Assembly: GCA_963845185.1 (NCBI GenBank)
Contig: CAWJRG010000005.1
Location: forward strand, 448,001-512,000
DNA: 64,000 bases
Direction: 5' to 3'
From: an uncultured bacterium
Lineage (GTDB): Bacteria > Oederibacteriota > PGYV01 > CAWJRG01
The notes below the pieces were generated by a model. That model saw only the letters and a list, made by a program, of their open reading frames with translations. It searched no databases and was not told the origin of the DNA. This document shows, one piece after another, positions 1-10,400 of the stretch. The number at the start of each line of letters is the position of its first letter. Within the stretch, counting starts at the first letter, position 1. The position numbers were made by a program, and so were the translations under genes.

Positions 1-1967
1 ATACTTTCGGGAAATACCGTAAAAAAAGTCCTTAAAATCATGCGGTTATCCAGCTTGGTTCCTCCGGGAAACCACATGCACATAACACCGCCCGGGGTCA
101 GGTGTTCTTTGCATAATTCAAGAAATTCACGTGTGTACAGGTTTACTGTACCGGCGCTGTAGATCGGTGGCGACGGATCTATGCTAATCATGTCATATTT
201 ATCCGACGAAAGCAGCAGAAAATTGCGCCCGTCTTCAACATTAAGATTTAGCTTCCCGTATTTTAAAATCTCTGCCGCGTTTTTGTGGTAATACCCGAAG
301 CATTTATATACCTCGGGTACAAGTTCTGAAATTGTTATATCAATATTGCCGTATGTTACTGCTGATTCAAGTATAGTTCCCATGCCGAAACATATTATAA
401 GCATTTTATCAGGTTTATCTGCGAATAATACGGGCAGATGAGCCATTAGTTTCGTCTCTGTGCACAAAGACGTTTGCCCCACGCCGTTGATCTCAAGCAC
501 TTTAGAATCGTTAAAGTAGCAGCTTGTCACCGTGCCCTGCACGCCTTCTTTGTTATAATATATTTCACTTTTGGGATATTTGCTTATTCTGTTCTTTAAC
601 ACGTCCAGAAATACGTCTTTGTTCAGTGCTCCCGCCATCAACAACACGATAATCACAGCAGCTGCCCCATATGCAAAAACGGATTTTTTCGTTTTATCCG
701 GCGCTATAAATAATAAACTGATCCCGACAACCATATTGACAGCCGCGAGCAGCATGATTGTCTTTGTGGACCCTATCAGGCTTATAAAAATAAAACCCGT
801 AACTATGGAGCCAAGCACATTTCCAGCTGTATTAAAACTGTAAATCGTACCTATGTCCCCGCCTATTTCGTCCTTGTTTCCGGCATAACACACGGCTGCC
901 ACAGGGAATATCATGCCGAAAATAAACGCTGTAGGAAAGACCAGGTATATCGGGGATAATAATCTCAAATACTTATTGATATCGAACAAAGGAAAAATAT
1001 ACAGGCTGATAAGAGAGACTATGCTTAATGCGAGTTGGAGTGTACCGAACATTATAAGCCGGTTGCCTTTCTTTCCAAGCATTTTGTTTGCAAATAGACT
1101 GCCTGATGCAATGCCCAAAAGAAATACCGCAAGCATCGCAGAAAAGGCATAAACCGAAACTTGAAGGTACAGAATTAACTGCCTTGTCCAGATCACTTCA
1201 TACGCAAGGGCTGTAAATCCGCTTATTAAAACAAAAATCAACACGGCAGTCCTTGTTTTGCCGGAATAAAGCGAATCAGGCTCTGATTTAGCCGTCATGC
1301 CGTCAACGCCAGCCTCCGTTCCTGCTCCGGACCACATAGTTTTTATACCGATAATCAAGACTGTTCCGGAAACCAGCAGGTTTACAGCTACGCCGAGCAA
1401 TATTGTCTTCCATTCTCCGAGTTTCCCGATTGTAATAAATCCGCTTAGGAGCACGCCAGTAACTGCCCCGAAAGTATTGAAACCATACAACAGGCTTAGA
1501 TTGTTGCCAAATAGCCTGTCTTTTTTAGTCAAATAACCCGTCAGAACCGGCAAAGTTCCGCCCATAAGCGTCGTTGGGATTAAGAGAGTTAAAAAAGACA
1601 CAAGGCATCTGAGCAGCATAATAACCGGCCTATTATGGTCGCTTAATTCGTATAGGCCTTTATACAGTGGCACCGAAAACTGAAAAAGGAAAGGCGTTAT
1701 CACTGCGGTTATGGCAATCAACATTTCAAGCAGCGCATACAATTTCAGCAGGCTTTTTAGCCTGTCGCTGAATTTGCCGAATATATAGCTACCTATGCCC
1801 AGCCCGGCCATAAAAGCCGCAATCGTAATCGATGTGGCGTATGTTGTCACGCCAAGTACCCGTGACAGCATCCTGAGCCATACAACTTTGTAAACAAGCC
1901 CGCTGATCCCGGATAGGAAAAATAACAAAATCAGTATCCTTTTTTCCTTCGAAAAAACCGTAAGCAT
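1..1967 (-). CDS. Fused MFS-like membrane domain / spermidine synthase-like methyltransferase (3' end runs off window)
   Basis: Manual translation from ATG 1967: MLTVFSKEKRILILLFFLSGISGLVYKVVWLRMLSRVLGVTTYATS...; later in the same frame KLMAHLP, ICFGMG, VEDGRNFLL, YDMISIDPSPP, NLYTREF. Not in the ORF track, consistent with no stop inside the window. Confidence 0.85.
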   Translation of the reverse strand, partial: MLTVFSKEKRILILLFFLSGISGLVYKVVWLRMLSRVLGVTTYATSITIAAFMAGLGIGSYIFGKFSDRLKSLLKLYALLEMLIAITAVITPFLFQFSVPLYKGLYELSDHNRPVIMLLRCLVSFLTLLIPTTLMGGTLPVLTGYLTKKDRLFGNNLSLLYGFNTFGAVTGVLLSGFITIGKLGEWKTILLGVAVNLLVSGTVLIIGIKTMWSGAGTEAGVDGMTAKSEPDSLYSGKTRTAVLIFVLISGFTALAYEVIWTRQLILYLQVSVYAFSAMLAVFLLGIASGSLFANKMLGKKGNRLIMFGTLQLALSIVSLISLYIFPLFDINKYLRLLSPIYLVFPTAFIFGMIFPVAAVCYAGNKDEIGGDIGTIYSFNTAGNVLGSIVTGFIFISLIGSTKTIMLLAAVNMVVGISLLFIAPDKTKKSVFAYGAAAVIIVLLMAGALNKDVFLDVLKNRISKYPKSEIYYNKEGVQGTVTSCYFNDSKVLEINGVGQTSLCTETKLMAHLPVLFADKPDKMLIICFGMGTILESAVTYGNIDITISELVPEVYKCFGYYHKNAAEILKYGKLNLNVEDGRNFLLLSSDKYDMISIDPSPPIYSAGTVNLYTREFLELCKEHLTPGGVMCMWFPGGTKLDNRMILRTFFTVFPES

Positions 1968-2180
1968 TCATCACCTCTTGTATATAATCCATTTTATTTT
2001 TCTAAAGTTTTCAGGGTAATATTGCCCTTATAATTAATAATGTTTATATATAATAGCTAAAAAATATCAAAAGTAAAGGCAAAAATCCGGTACTGTAAAT
2101 ACAAAATAACATTATCATATTTTTGAAAAAAAATTAAATTTGTTATTATTGAACCCCCCTCCTGTTTTTTTATGCTTGGA

Positions 2181-2429
2181 TTACAAATAAATAAATATGT
2201 TTTTCCCGTTGCCGTGCTTACCAACAACTCTTTTGCAGCCTTTTTGAATAAAAAATTCTTGCATATCGTAGGCTATTTCTTCTGAATTTGCTTCCCATAC
2301 ATACCATTCTCTCGGATTTCCGCGTTCTTTTTTCTTTTCTTCTGGTTTATCCGTAACCCCAATGGTCCATATCGGATAATTACCTTTGATAATGCCTTCT
2401 ATCAGCAAAATCAGCTGAAATTTTTCCAT
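2181..2429 (-). CDS. Small hypothetical protein
   Basis: ORF with GAGGTG RBS before ATG 2429 (MEKFQ...); WTIGVTD...EFFIQKGC pattern. Confidence 0.6.
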   Translation of the reverse strand: MEKFQLILLIEGIIKGNYPIWTIGVTDKPEEKKKERGNPREWYVWEANSEEIAYDMQEFFIQKGCKRVVGKHGNGKNIFIYL

Positions 2430-2745
2430 AAAGCACCTCAAAAATCCTTCACCACTATTATAATTATAATATATTTTATCTATTTTGTCAAGTATAATAG
2501 TAATAATTTAGTTAGTAAATTTTAAAATTTAAACTAATATTATCTGTTATGTAATAATACTAATTAATATAATATTGCATTTTATAGTATTCTATACGAA
2601 ATTTTTCGAAAGCATATAAATAAAAGTATTTTAGCATCATATCCTTCAGATATTATAATTCATTAAAATTTTAACACTTTATGCTTGTCAGCTTTTTCTC
2701 TTTCTAATATAATCATTTTGTTCATTTAATTATACGAGGATAAAA

Positions 2746-4152
2746 ATGAAAGATTTAACAAAAGGAAGTATTGTAAAAAATCTCATAGCATACGCTGCTC
2801 CGGCAGTATTAGCAGACTTTCTTCAGTCTCTATATAGCGCGATTGACGCTTTCTGGACCGGCAGACTGATAGGTGCAAAAGCTATTGCTGCAGTTTCCGC
2901 AAGCTTGCCGATAGTGTTTTTCCTGGTTTCCCTTTTGATTGGGCTCGGAGCTGCAACTGTCATAATGACAGGCCAGGCCTATGGAAAAAAAGACATGGAA
3001 CTTCTGTCAAAGATACTTGTTAATTCTTTTTTTACGATACTTGCGCTTTGCGCCATAGTTACAGTAGTTGGCGTTATTTTTGCCTTGCCTATACTTAAAT
3101 TTTTGCATACACCGGCTGATATTATAAACAGTGCTCATTTATTCATTATAATAATATTATATGGAACTGTGCTCATATTCGCCACGAACTGGTTTTCCTC
3201 GATACTGCGCGGCCTCGGTGATACAGTAACGCCCCTGATTTTACTAGCAATAGATGTAGGAATAAATATAGTTCTCGCGCCATTTTTAATAGCAGGCATG
3301 GGCCCATTTCCCAAAATGGGCATAGCTGGCTCTGCTGTCTCTACCCTCGTCGCAGGCCTGGTTATCACAATTATCTCGTTTATTTATTTAGGAAAAAAAT
3401 ACCCGTTTTTTAATGTGACAAAATGGAAATTTAAATTTAACTTTAAAATAATCACGGATATATTTGCGATCGGAATCCCGATTACCCTGCAGATGATGAT
3501 TGTTTCGACTGCCTCAATCATACTTGTATCGTTTGTAAACAGGTTTGGCTCTGATGTGGTTGCTGCATACGGCATAGGGCTCAGGATAGACCAGTTTTCA
3601 TTTATACCCGCAATGTCTCTCGGCGGCGCCGCGTCCGCCTTTGCCGCGCAGGCAATCGGCGCGAATAAAGAAAATATGCTGAAAGAAATCGTAAAATGGG
3701 TTGCTATTCTTTCGCTTGCATTTTCCCTTTTCTTTTTTGCTCTGATAAATATTTTTCCTTCAGCCATAACATCCATTTTTACCAACAGCCCAGGTGTGAT
3801 TTCAAGCGCATTTTATTATTTCAGGATAGATTCCTTTACTTATTTTGCTTTTGCTCTGCTTTTTACCTACCAGGGTATAATCAGGGGCGCTGGAAACACC
3901 CTGCCCTCTGCTCTAATTTCGCTGGTTTCCCTGCTTTTATTCAGGGCCGGCCTTGCATGGTTTTTAATAGAAAAAACTCATTTTGCGGAAAAAGGCATCT
4001 GGCTTGCCATGACAGCAAGTTCTTATCTTGCAATGCTGCTGAATTATTTTTATTACAGGTTTGGTAACTGGAAGGATAAGTTCCTGCTGGAAAACATCGA
4101 GGTAAAAAAGGAATGCCTTGACTGCCTGCCCGGCACCGAGCACAGGCGGTAA
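2746..4152 (+). CDS. MATE family efflux transporter
   Basis: MKDLTKGSI start, about 12 TM segments, LRGLGDTVTPL and RGAGNT motifs typical of MATE. Confidence 0.92.
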   Translation: MKDLTKGSIVKNLIAYAAPAVLADFLQSLYSAIDAFWTGRLIGAKAIAAVSASLPIVFFLVSLLIGLGAATVIMTGQAYGKKDMELLSKILVNSFFTILALCAIVTVVGVIFALPILKFLHTPADIINSAHLFIIIILYGTVLIFATNWFSSILRGLGDTVTPLILLAIDVGINIVLAPFLIAGMGPFPKMGIAGSAVSTLVAGLVITIISFIYLGKKYPFFNVTKWKFKFNFKIITDIFAIGIPITLQMMIVSTASIILVSFVNRFGSDVVAAYGIGLRIDQFSFIPAMSLGGAASAFAAQAIGANKENMLKEIVKWVAILSLAFSLFFFALINIFPSAITSIFTNSPGVISSAFYYFRIDSFTYFAFALLFTYQGIIRGAGNTLPSALISLVSLLLFRAGLAWFLIEKTHFAEKGIWLAMTASSYLAMLLNYFYYRFGNWKDKFLLENIEVKKECLDCLPGTEHRR

Positions 4153-4194
4153 AAATATTTAAGCAACATATTTCTTTGTTAATTTATGACTTAA

Positions 4195-5527
4195 CAGGCT
4201 GCTGAAAAAGTCAGTTTAAAAGTAATGCCAATGTGTTAAAATGGTAAAAATCATAAAACACGGAGGCTACACAAATGCGTGGAAATGAAACAAAACAGGG
4301 ATATATGTTCAGTTATCTATCGCCGGAATTTAGAGTTCCAAAAAACCATCCGCTCCGCAAGATAAAGAAAATGGCAGAAGAAGCGCTAAAAAGGATGTCG
4401 CCGCTCTTTGATAGAATATACAGTATCATAGGAAGGCCATCAATACCGCCGGAAACGCTATTGAAAGCGCAGCTTTTAATAGCGTTTTATTCGATAAGGT
4501 CGGATAGGCTGTTTTGTGAGAAAGCGGATTTGGATATATTATTCCGGTGGTTTTTGGATATGAATATGGAAGAAGAAATGTTTGACGCAAGCGTATTTTC
4601 CAAAAACAGGGAAAGATTAATGGAAAACGAGGTTGCTTATCGTTTTTTGAATGAAGTGATAAGAATAGCCCGGGAGAATGACCTGATGTCGGATGAACAT
4701 TTTACTGCCGACGGAACGCTGATAGAAGCATGGGCTTCAATGAAAAGTTTCGTGAAGAAAGACGGCGGAGACAAGCGAAAAGACGACGGAGATCCGGGTA
4801 ATCCATCGGTGGATTTTCATGGCGAGAAAAGGAAAAACGAGACGCATCAAAGCACAACGGATCCGGAAGCATTGTTAATGAAGAAGGCCAAAGGCAAAGA
4901 AGCAAAATTGAGCTTTTGTGAAACCGTATTAATGGAAAACCGTAACGGGCTCATAGTGGATGTGTCGCTGACACAGGCAAGAAAAGACGCGGAAACCAAA
5001 GAAACGCTGAGGATGTTAAGGAAAGAACGACGGCGAGGAAAAGGCAGTATAAAAACCATAGGCGGAGATAAAGGATTCTGTAATAATAAATTTGTCGGCA
5101 AGGTAAGAAAAATGAAAATAAAACCGCATATAGCGAAGATAGAAAAATGGAAAATATTCGGGCTTGACGGAAGAACCATAGGAAGCATCGGTTACGCGAT
5201 AAGCAGAGTGAAAAGAAAACTGGTTGAAGAGATATTTGGATGGAAGAAAACTGTTGGCGGAGCAAGAAAGACCAAACTTATAGGAGTAAAACGAAACCAG
5301 GAACAATCAAGTATTATATCGGTGGCGTATAATCTTCGGCGAATGGCCAGATTGATACCTGCAACATAGTGAAAAAATCGAGATATGAAAAACAGCGCAG
5401 AAAACATTAAAAGAAAAATAAGGAAATAGGAAAAGTTAAGGTAAAGTAATAGATGAAGGGTTGAAAAATTGAAAAAAATAGCGGCAGGAAAAGAAAAATT
5501 CTTAAAAAGTTATTTTTCAGCAGCCTG
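4195..5527 (+). mobile_element. IS5/IS1182-like insertion sequence, 1333 bp
   Basis: Perfect 15-bp terminal inverted repeats CAGGCTGCTGAAAAA (4195-4209) / TTTTTCAGCAGCCTG (5513-5527); TTAA duplicated at 4191-4194 and 5528-5531. Confidence 0.93.
4275..5369 (+). CDS. IS5-family DDE transposase
   Basis: MRG..Q..MFSY..PE.RVP..HPLR N-terminus, GRPSIPPE, DGTLIEAWAS, GDKGF, RKLVEEIFGW.K. Confidence 0.92.
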   Translation: MRGNETKQGYMFSYLSPEFRVPKNHPLRKIKKMAEEALKRMSPLFDRIYSIIGRPSIPPETLLKAQLLIAFYSIRSDRLFCEKADLDILFRWFLDMNMEEEMFDASVFSKNRERLMENEVAYRFLNEVIRIARENDLMSDEHFTADGTLIEAWASMKSFVKKDGGDKRKDDGDPGNPSVDFHGEKRKNETHQSTTDPEALLMKKAKGKEAKLSFCETVLMENRNGLIVDVSLTQARKDAETKETLRMLRKERRRGKGSIKTIGGDKGFCNNKFVGKVRKMKIKPHIAKIEKWKIFGLDGRTIGSIGYAISRVKRKLVEEIFGWKKTVGGARKTKLIGVKRNQEQSSIISVAYNLRRMARLIPAT

Positions 5528-6446
5528 TTAAATATTTTTTTCGTTCTTCAAAAAGTACTAACTGTTTTTCTTCTGGAATCAATTCATAATTGTGCTTTTT
5601 AATATGTGATTCAAAATTATAAACAAGAGCTTCGACAATAGAATTTCTATTTTCTATCTTGCCGCCCGAATGATAATAATGATTTTTTGTAACAATATTA
5701 AACTTTTTCCAATACTTTTTTATCATAGAATTTTCTCTGTAATCGTTATGATGCCATGTTGATAATATAAACTTTGCTTTTGTATTATTTAAAGCCTCAA
5801 ATAAATCATGTTCATCTTCGTCAGTCCAGCCGTTATAATAATCAACATAACGGCCATGATAAGGAGGATCACAATAAATAATATCATTAGCTGTTGCCGT
5901 TTCTATAGCTTTTCGAAAATCTTTACATATAAATTGCCATTTCACTGAAATTAGGCAGCCAATTTTCGATACTTGGTTAACAATTTTTGTTATATAGGAT
6001 TTACTAAAACGTTCCGGTTTTTTACAAAACGGAATGTTCCATTTGCCGCTTTTATTGAAACGTATCATTCCATTAAAACCAGCTCTTGATAAAAACAAAA
6101 AATCCAAGGGCTGAAAATTACTGTTGAATCTGTCCCTAATATATTTGTAGTGTTCATATCCCCGATCTCCTGAATGTTTTAATATATTTCCTTCTTTTTC
6201 AAGGTACTGTCTGACAATTATTGGTGTAATTTGATCGGTTTTTATAGCATTATAAAAATTGATTAAATGTGGATTAATATCAAAAAGTAAATTTTCTTTG
6301 AATCCTACATTAAATGCAACTACTCCCGTTCCCATAAATGGTTCTATCCAACGTCCGGTATTTTGCGGAATTAAAGCATTAATCCATATGACAAGCTTTG
6401 TTTTTATCCCTTGACTTTTGATAGGCGGTACTATTATTTTACCCAT
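5517..6446 (-). CDS. Dam-family DNA adenine methyltransferase, M.EcoRV-like (predicted GATATC)
   Basis: VPPIKSQGIKTKL, EPFMGTGVV, FNGMIRFN, YCDPPY, STWHHNDYREN closely match M.EcoRV as I recall it. Confidence 0.9.
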   Translation of the reverse strand: MGKIIVPPIKSQGIKTKLVIWINALIPQNTGRWIEPFMGTGVVAFNVGFKENLLFDINPHLINFYNAIKTDQITPIIVRQYLEKEGNILKHSGDRGYEHYKYIRDRFNSNFQPLDFLFLSRAGFNGMIRFNKSGKWNIPFCKKPERFSKSYITKIVNQVSKIGCLISVKWQFICKDFRKAIETATANDIIYCDPPYHGRYVDYYNGWTDEDEHDLFEALNNTKAKFILSTWHHNDYRENSMIKKYWKKFNIVTKNHYYHSGGKIENRNSIVEALVYNFESHIKKHNYELIPEEKQLVLFEERKKYLTGC

Positions 6447-7273
6447 CAATTTTCACCCGACCTTTTTGGAACTATTAAGGAAGTATTCCCTTTTCTATAT
6501 TTTACAAAATCCAACAAATTATTTATTTTTTTTACTTTCCCTGCTTTTTTGATGGCTATCTTATTAAAATTCATCCAGTAATCGTCAAACCAATTTTCAC
6601 CCAAACGTGAAAACATACCATTTTCGTTTATAATATCGCTTATTAAATTTATACTGCCAATATTTGCGGTGTTTCCACTACCTCCTTTATCGCTGGCAAT
6701 CTTCCATTTTTCAGCAATAAAGAATTGGAAATTTTTTACTACGGATGTAATCGATTGTAATTCATTGAGGTCGTGGGCTTTTGTTTCATTGATGCTTGAA
6801 CCGATTACTCTGTCATAAATAATTCCAAAACAAAAATGGCCCAAATATTCATCGTAAGGAAATTGAATGTTCTTTTTGCTGTTACGATTTATGAAATATT
6901 CTCCGTGGGAACCCAGTGTAAAGCCGTTGCACAATTTATTATTTTCCGGTTTTCGATAAGTTGTTTTAAAATCGACTGCGAATTTGATTTTACTATTATC
7001 CTTTTTTATAAAAGTAATATCTGGATAATAATTCTGATGGTCGGCCAATATGATACTATAACCAGCTTTCTCCGCAAAAGCCAATACTTTTGGAAATAAA
7101 TGTATTTCTAATATTTTTGATACTATTTTTGTATCTGAAGAAATTGTATAAACATTTTTAAAAATATCAATAAAACCTTTAACAGTCCATTGCCCATCTT
7201 CGGAACTAACATGGGTTGTTATTGTTTTTGTAAAATTGCTTAAGTTTTCTTTGAATTTTTGCTTTTCAGACAT
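6446..7273 (-). CDS. EcoRV-like type II restriction endonuclease
   Basis: QNYYPD...VDFKTTY (PD-D/ExK), FTLGS, KNIQFPYDEY, GSGNTANIGS recognition loop; GGAGG RBS before ATG 7273; adjacent to the methylase. Confidence 0.88.
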   Translation of the reverse strand: MSEKQKFKENLSNFTKTITTHVSSEDGQWTVKGFIDIFKNVYTISSDTKIVSKILEIHLFPKVLAFAEKAGYSIILADHQNYYPDITFIKKDNSKIKFAVDFKTTYRKPENNKLCNGFTLGSHGEYFINRNSKKNIQFPYDEYLGHFCFGIIYDRVIGSSINETKAHDLNELQSITSVVKNFQFFIAEKWKIASDKGGSGNTANIGSINLISDIINENGMFSRLGENWFDDYWMNFNKIAIKKAGKVKKINNLLDFVKYRKGNTSLIVPKRSGEN

Positions 7274-7427
7274 TAATTGCCTCCAAATTCTTCCCAAACA
7301 TCTTGCGAAAGCTTTATTTTTAATAATTATAACATGTTTGCATTCAAAAACAAGTTAGAAAACCATCATTGGTTTTTGAATATGGTAAGAATATATTATA
7401 ATTTCATTACCAGCTTAAATTATTATA

Positions 7428-10400
7428 TTACTCCGCCACGGCTCCCGTGAACTGCGCCCGGTATAAGTCAAAATAAAAACCCTTATCGTCTATCAAAGAC
7501 TTATGGTTTCCTGTTTCGACAATCTTGCCGTTGTTCATCACGAGTATGAGCTCTGCGTCGCGTATTGTTGACAGCCTGTGCGCTATTACAAAGGATGTCC
7601 TTCCCTTCATAAGCGTCTTCATCGCCTTCTGGATGAGTATTTCAGTGCGTGTATCTACGCTGCTTGTTGCTTCGTCCAGTATCAGTATTTCAGGGTCAGC
7701 GAGCAAAGCCCTTGCTATTGTAATAAGCTGCTTTTCTCCGGTCGATATGTTCGACGCGTCCTCGTTCAGCACTGTGCCGTAGCCTTCCGGTAATGCGCGT
7801 ATGAAATGGTCCGCGTGCGCAGCCTTTGCCGCTGCTGTGATTTCCTCGTCGGTTGCGCCCGGCCTGCCGTATGCAATATTTTCCTTCATTGTCCCCTTAA
7901 AAAGCCACGTATCCTGCAGCACCATGCCGAACCGCCTGCGCAAAAATCCGCGCTTGTATTCTCGTATGTCCCTGCCGTCCACTTTTATTTTTCCTCCCCA
8001 CACATCGTAAAACCTCATGAGCAGGTTTACAAGCGTTGTCTTGCCGGCGCCTGTCGGCCCGACTATTGCCACGGTCTGCCCCGGCTTTGCGCCTATGCTT
8101 AAATTCTCAAAAAGCTTTCTGTCCTCGCTATAGCCAAAGCTTACGTTTTCAAACGAAACATTCCCGCACTCATCGCACGCTTCCGCTCCATTGGCATCCG
8201 TAGACTCTTCCTGCGCGTCCTCCAGCACCTCGAATATCCTTTCACCCGACGCCACCGCAGACTGCAGCATGTTTATCATCGCAGCTGCCTGCGCCACAGG
8301 CTGTGTGAACATGCGTATGTATAATATGAATGCCTGGACATCGCCGATGTCCAGCTTTTTCCTTGCAACAAATATGCATCCCGCGACACACACTGCCACA
8401 TAGCCCAGGTTGCTTATGAAGTTCATGAGTGGAAAAATAAATCCTGATATAAACTGCGCTTTCCATCCCGCGTTATAAAGCCTGCTGTTCACGTCCTCAA
8501 ATCTTTCTATGGATTTTTTCTCGTAACCGAAAGCCTTTACTACGCCGTGGCCTGTCAGCATTTCTTCCACATGGCTGTTCAGCTCTCCAAGCGCCTTTTG
8601 CTGGGCTATGTAAAACTTCTGCGATGTCCTGGCTATTAGCACGGTAGCAAGGAACGAAAGCGGCAGGGTAATTATCGTGATTATGGTAAGCATCGGGCTT
8701 ATAACTATCATCATGATAAGCGCGCCTGCTATGCCTATGACTGCGCTCAAAAGCTGCGGCAGTCCCTGCTGCAGAGTGTTGTTTATGTTGTCCACATCGT
8801 TTGTCGTCCTGCTCATTATCTCGCCGTGCGGCCGCGAATCGAAATATTTGAGCGGCAGTCGCGATAGTTTGTCGTCTATATCCCTGCGCAGGGCATAAAC
8901 TATCCTCTGGGCAATGACGCTGAACGACCTCTGGGAAATATAAATAAAAACAGCTGCCGTCAGGTTCAGGCAAAAAAGCATGAACAGTATTTTTATAAGC
9001 CCTGTGTTGTCCGGCGGCGTACCGCTTGCAAACTTTCCGGATGTCATACCTTCAAAAAGTTTTGTTATTGCTATGCCGAGCACTTTTGGCGATATGGTGC
9101 CTATTACCGTTGACAACACCATAAGGATCCCGATTATTATCATCTGCCATGCGAATGGTTTCAAATACTTTGCCAGCCTTTTTACCGTTCCTTTGAAATC
9201 CTTTGCCTTTTCCACAGGCCTGCCTATGCCGCGCATATGGCCGCCGCCCCTTGGACCTCCTGCTCCGAACATGCCCCTGCCGCCGAACGCGCCCTGCCCC
9301 TGCTGCGGCTTGAAACCGCCTGCCGGAGGCTGCTGCGGTTTTTGGTTTCCGTTCGGGCTCATGCCAGCTCCTCCTCTGATATTCTGGGAATACACTATTT
9401 CCCTGTACACTTCGCAGGACGTCATGAGTTCTTTATGGTTTCCCATGCCTGCCACTTTACCCTCTTCAAGCACTATTATCCTGTCCGCGTCCATTACTGT
9501 TGTTACCCTTTGCGCCACTATGAATACCGTCGCCTCTCCTGTTTCCTTTTTCAGAGCCTGCCTGAGCGCTGCGTCTGTCCTGAAATCAAGCGCCGAAAAA
9601 CTGTCGTCAAATATGTATATTTCCGGTTTTCTTACCATGGCGCGCGCTATTGCCAGCCTCTGCTTTTGCCCGCCTGACAGATTCGCGCCTGCCTGCGCTA
9701 TGACACCATCAAATCCTTCATCCATTGCCGCTATGAAATCCATGGCCTGCGCTGTCTCAGCGGCATGTTTTAGCTCAGTATCCGTGGCGCCGGCCTTACC
9801 GAACCTTATGTTGTCCGCTGCTGTGCCTGTGAAAAGCATGGCCTTCTGCGGCACAAATCCAATTTTTGCGCGCAAAGTTTCCTGTGCCATCTCACGTACG
9901 TCCACGTTGTCCACAAGCACGCTTCCGTCAAACACGTCATAAAACCTGGGTATCAGGCTCACAAGCGTGGTCTTGCCCGAGCCTGTCCCGCCAATGATTG
10001 CGGTTATCTCTCCCGGTGCAGCCGAAAAAGATACGCTGCTCAGCGCCGGCTGCTCTGCGCCGTGGTACCTGAAGGAAACGTTCTTGAATTCCACGCGCCC
10101 TTTTCCCACCCCTGCCTGCGGATTTTCCTTATCCTTTATCTCAGGTTCCATTTCCAGCACTTCGTTTATCCTCTCCGCTGATGCCTGCGAGCGGGGTAGC
10201 ATGATGAAAATCATGGACACCATCATGAGCGCAAAAAGTATCTGTGTTACGTATTGTATAAAAGCCATTATGTCGCCTACATGCAGTTTGCCTGCTTCCA
10301 CGCGCAGGCTTCCAAACCATATTATGGCAATGATGGTAAAGTTCATTATCAGCTGCATCAGCGGCATCATGAGAGCCATAAGTCCTGCAAGTTTCAGCGC

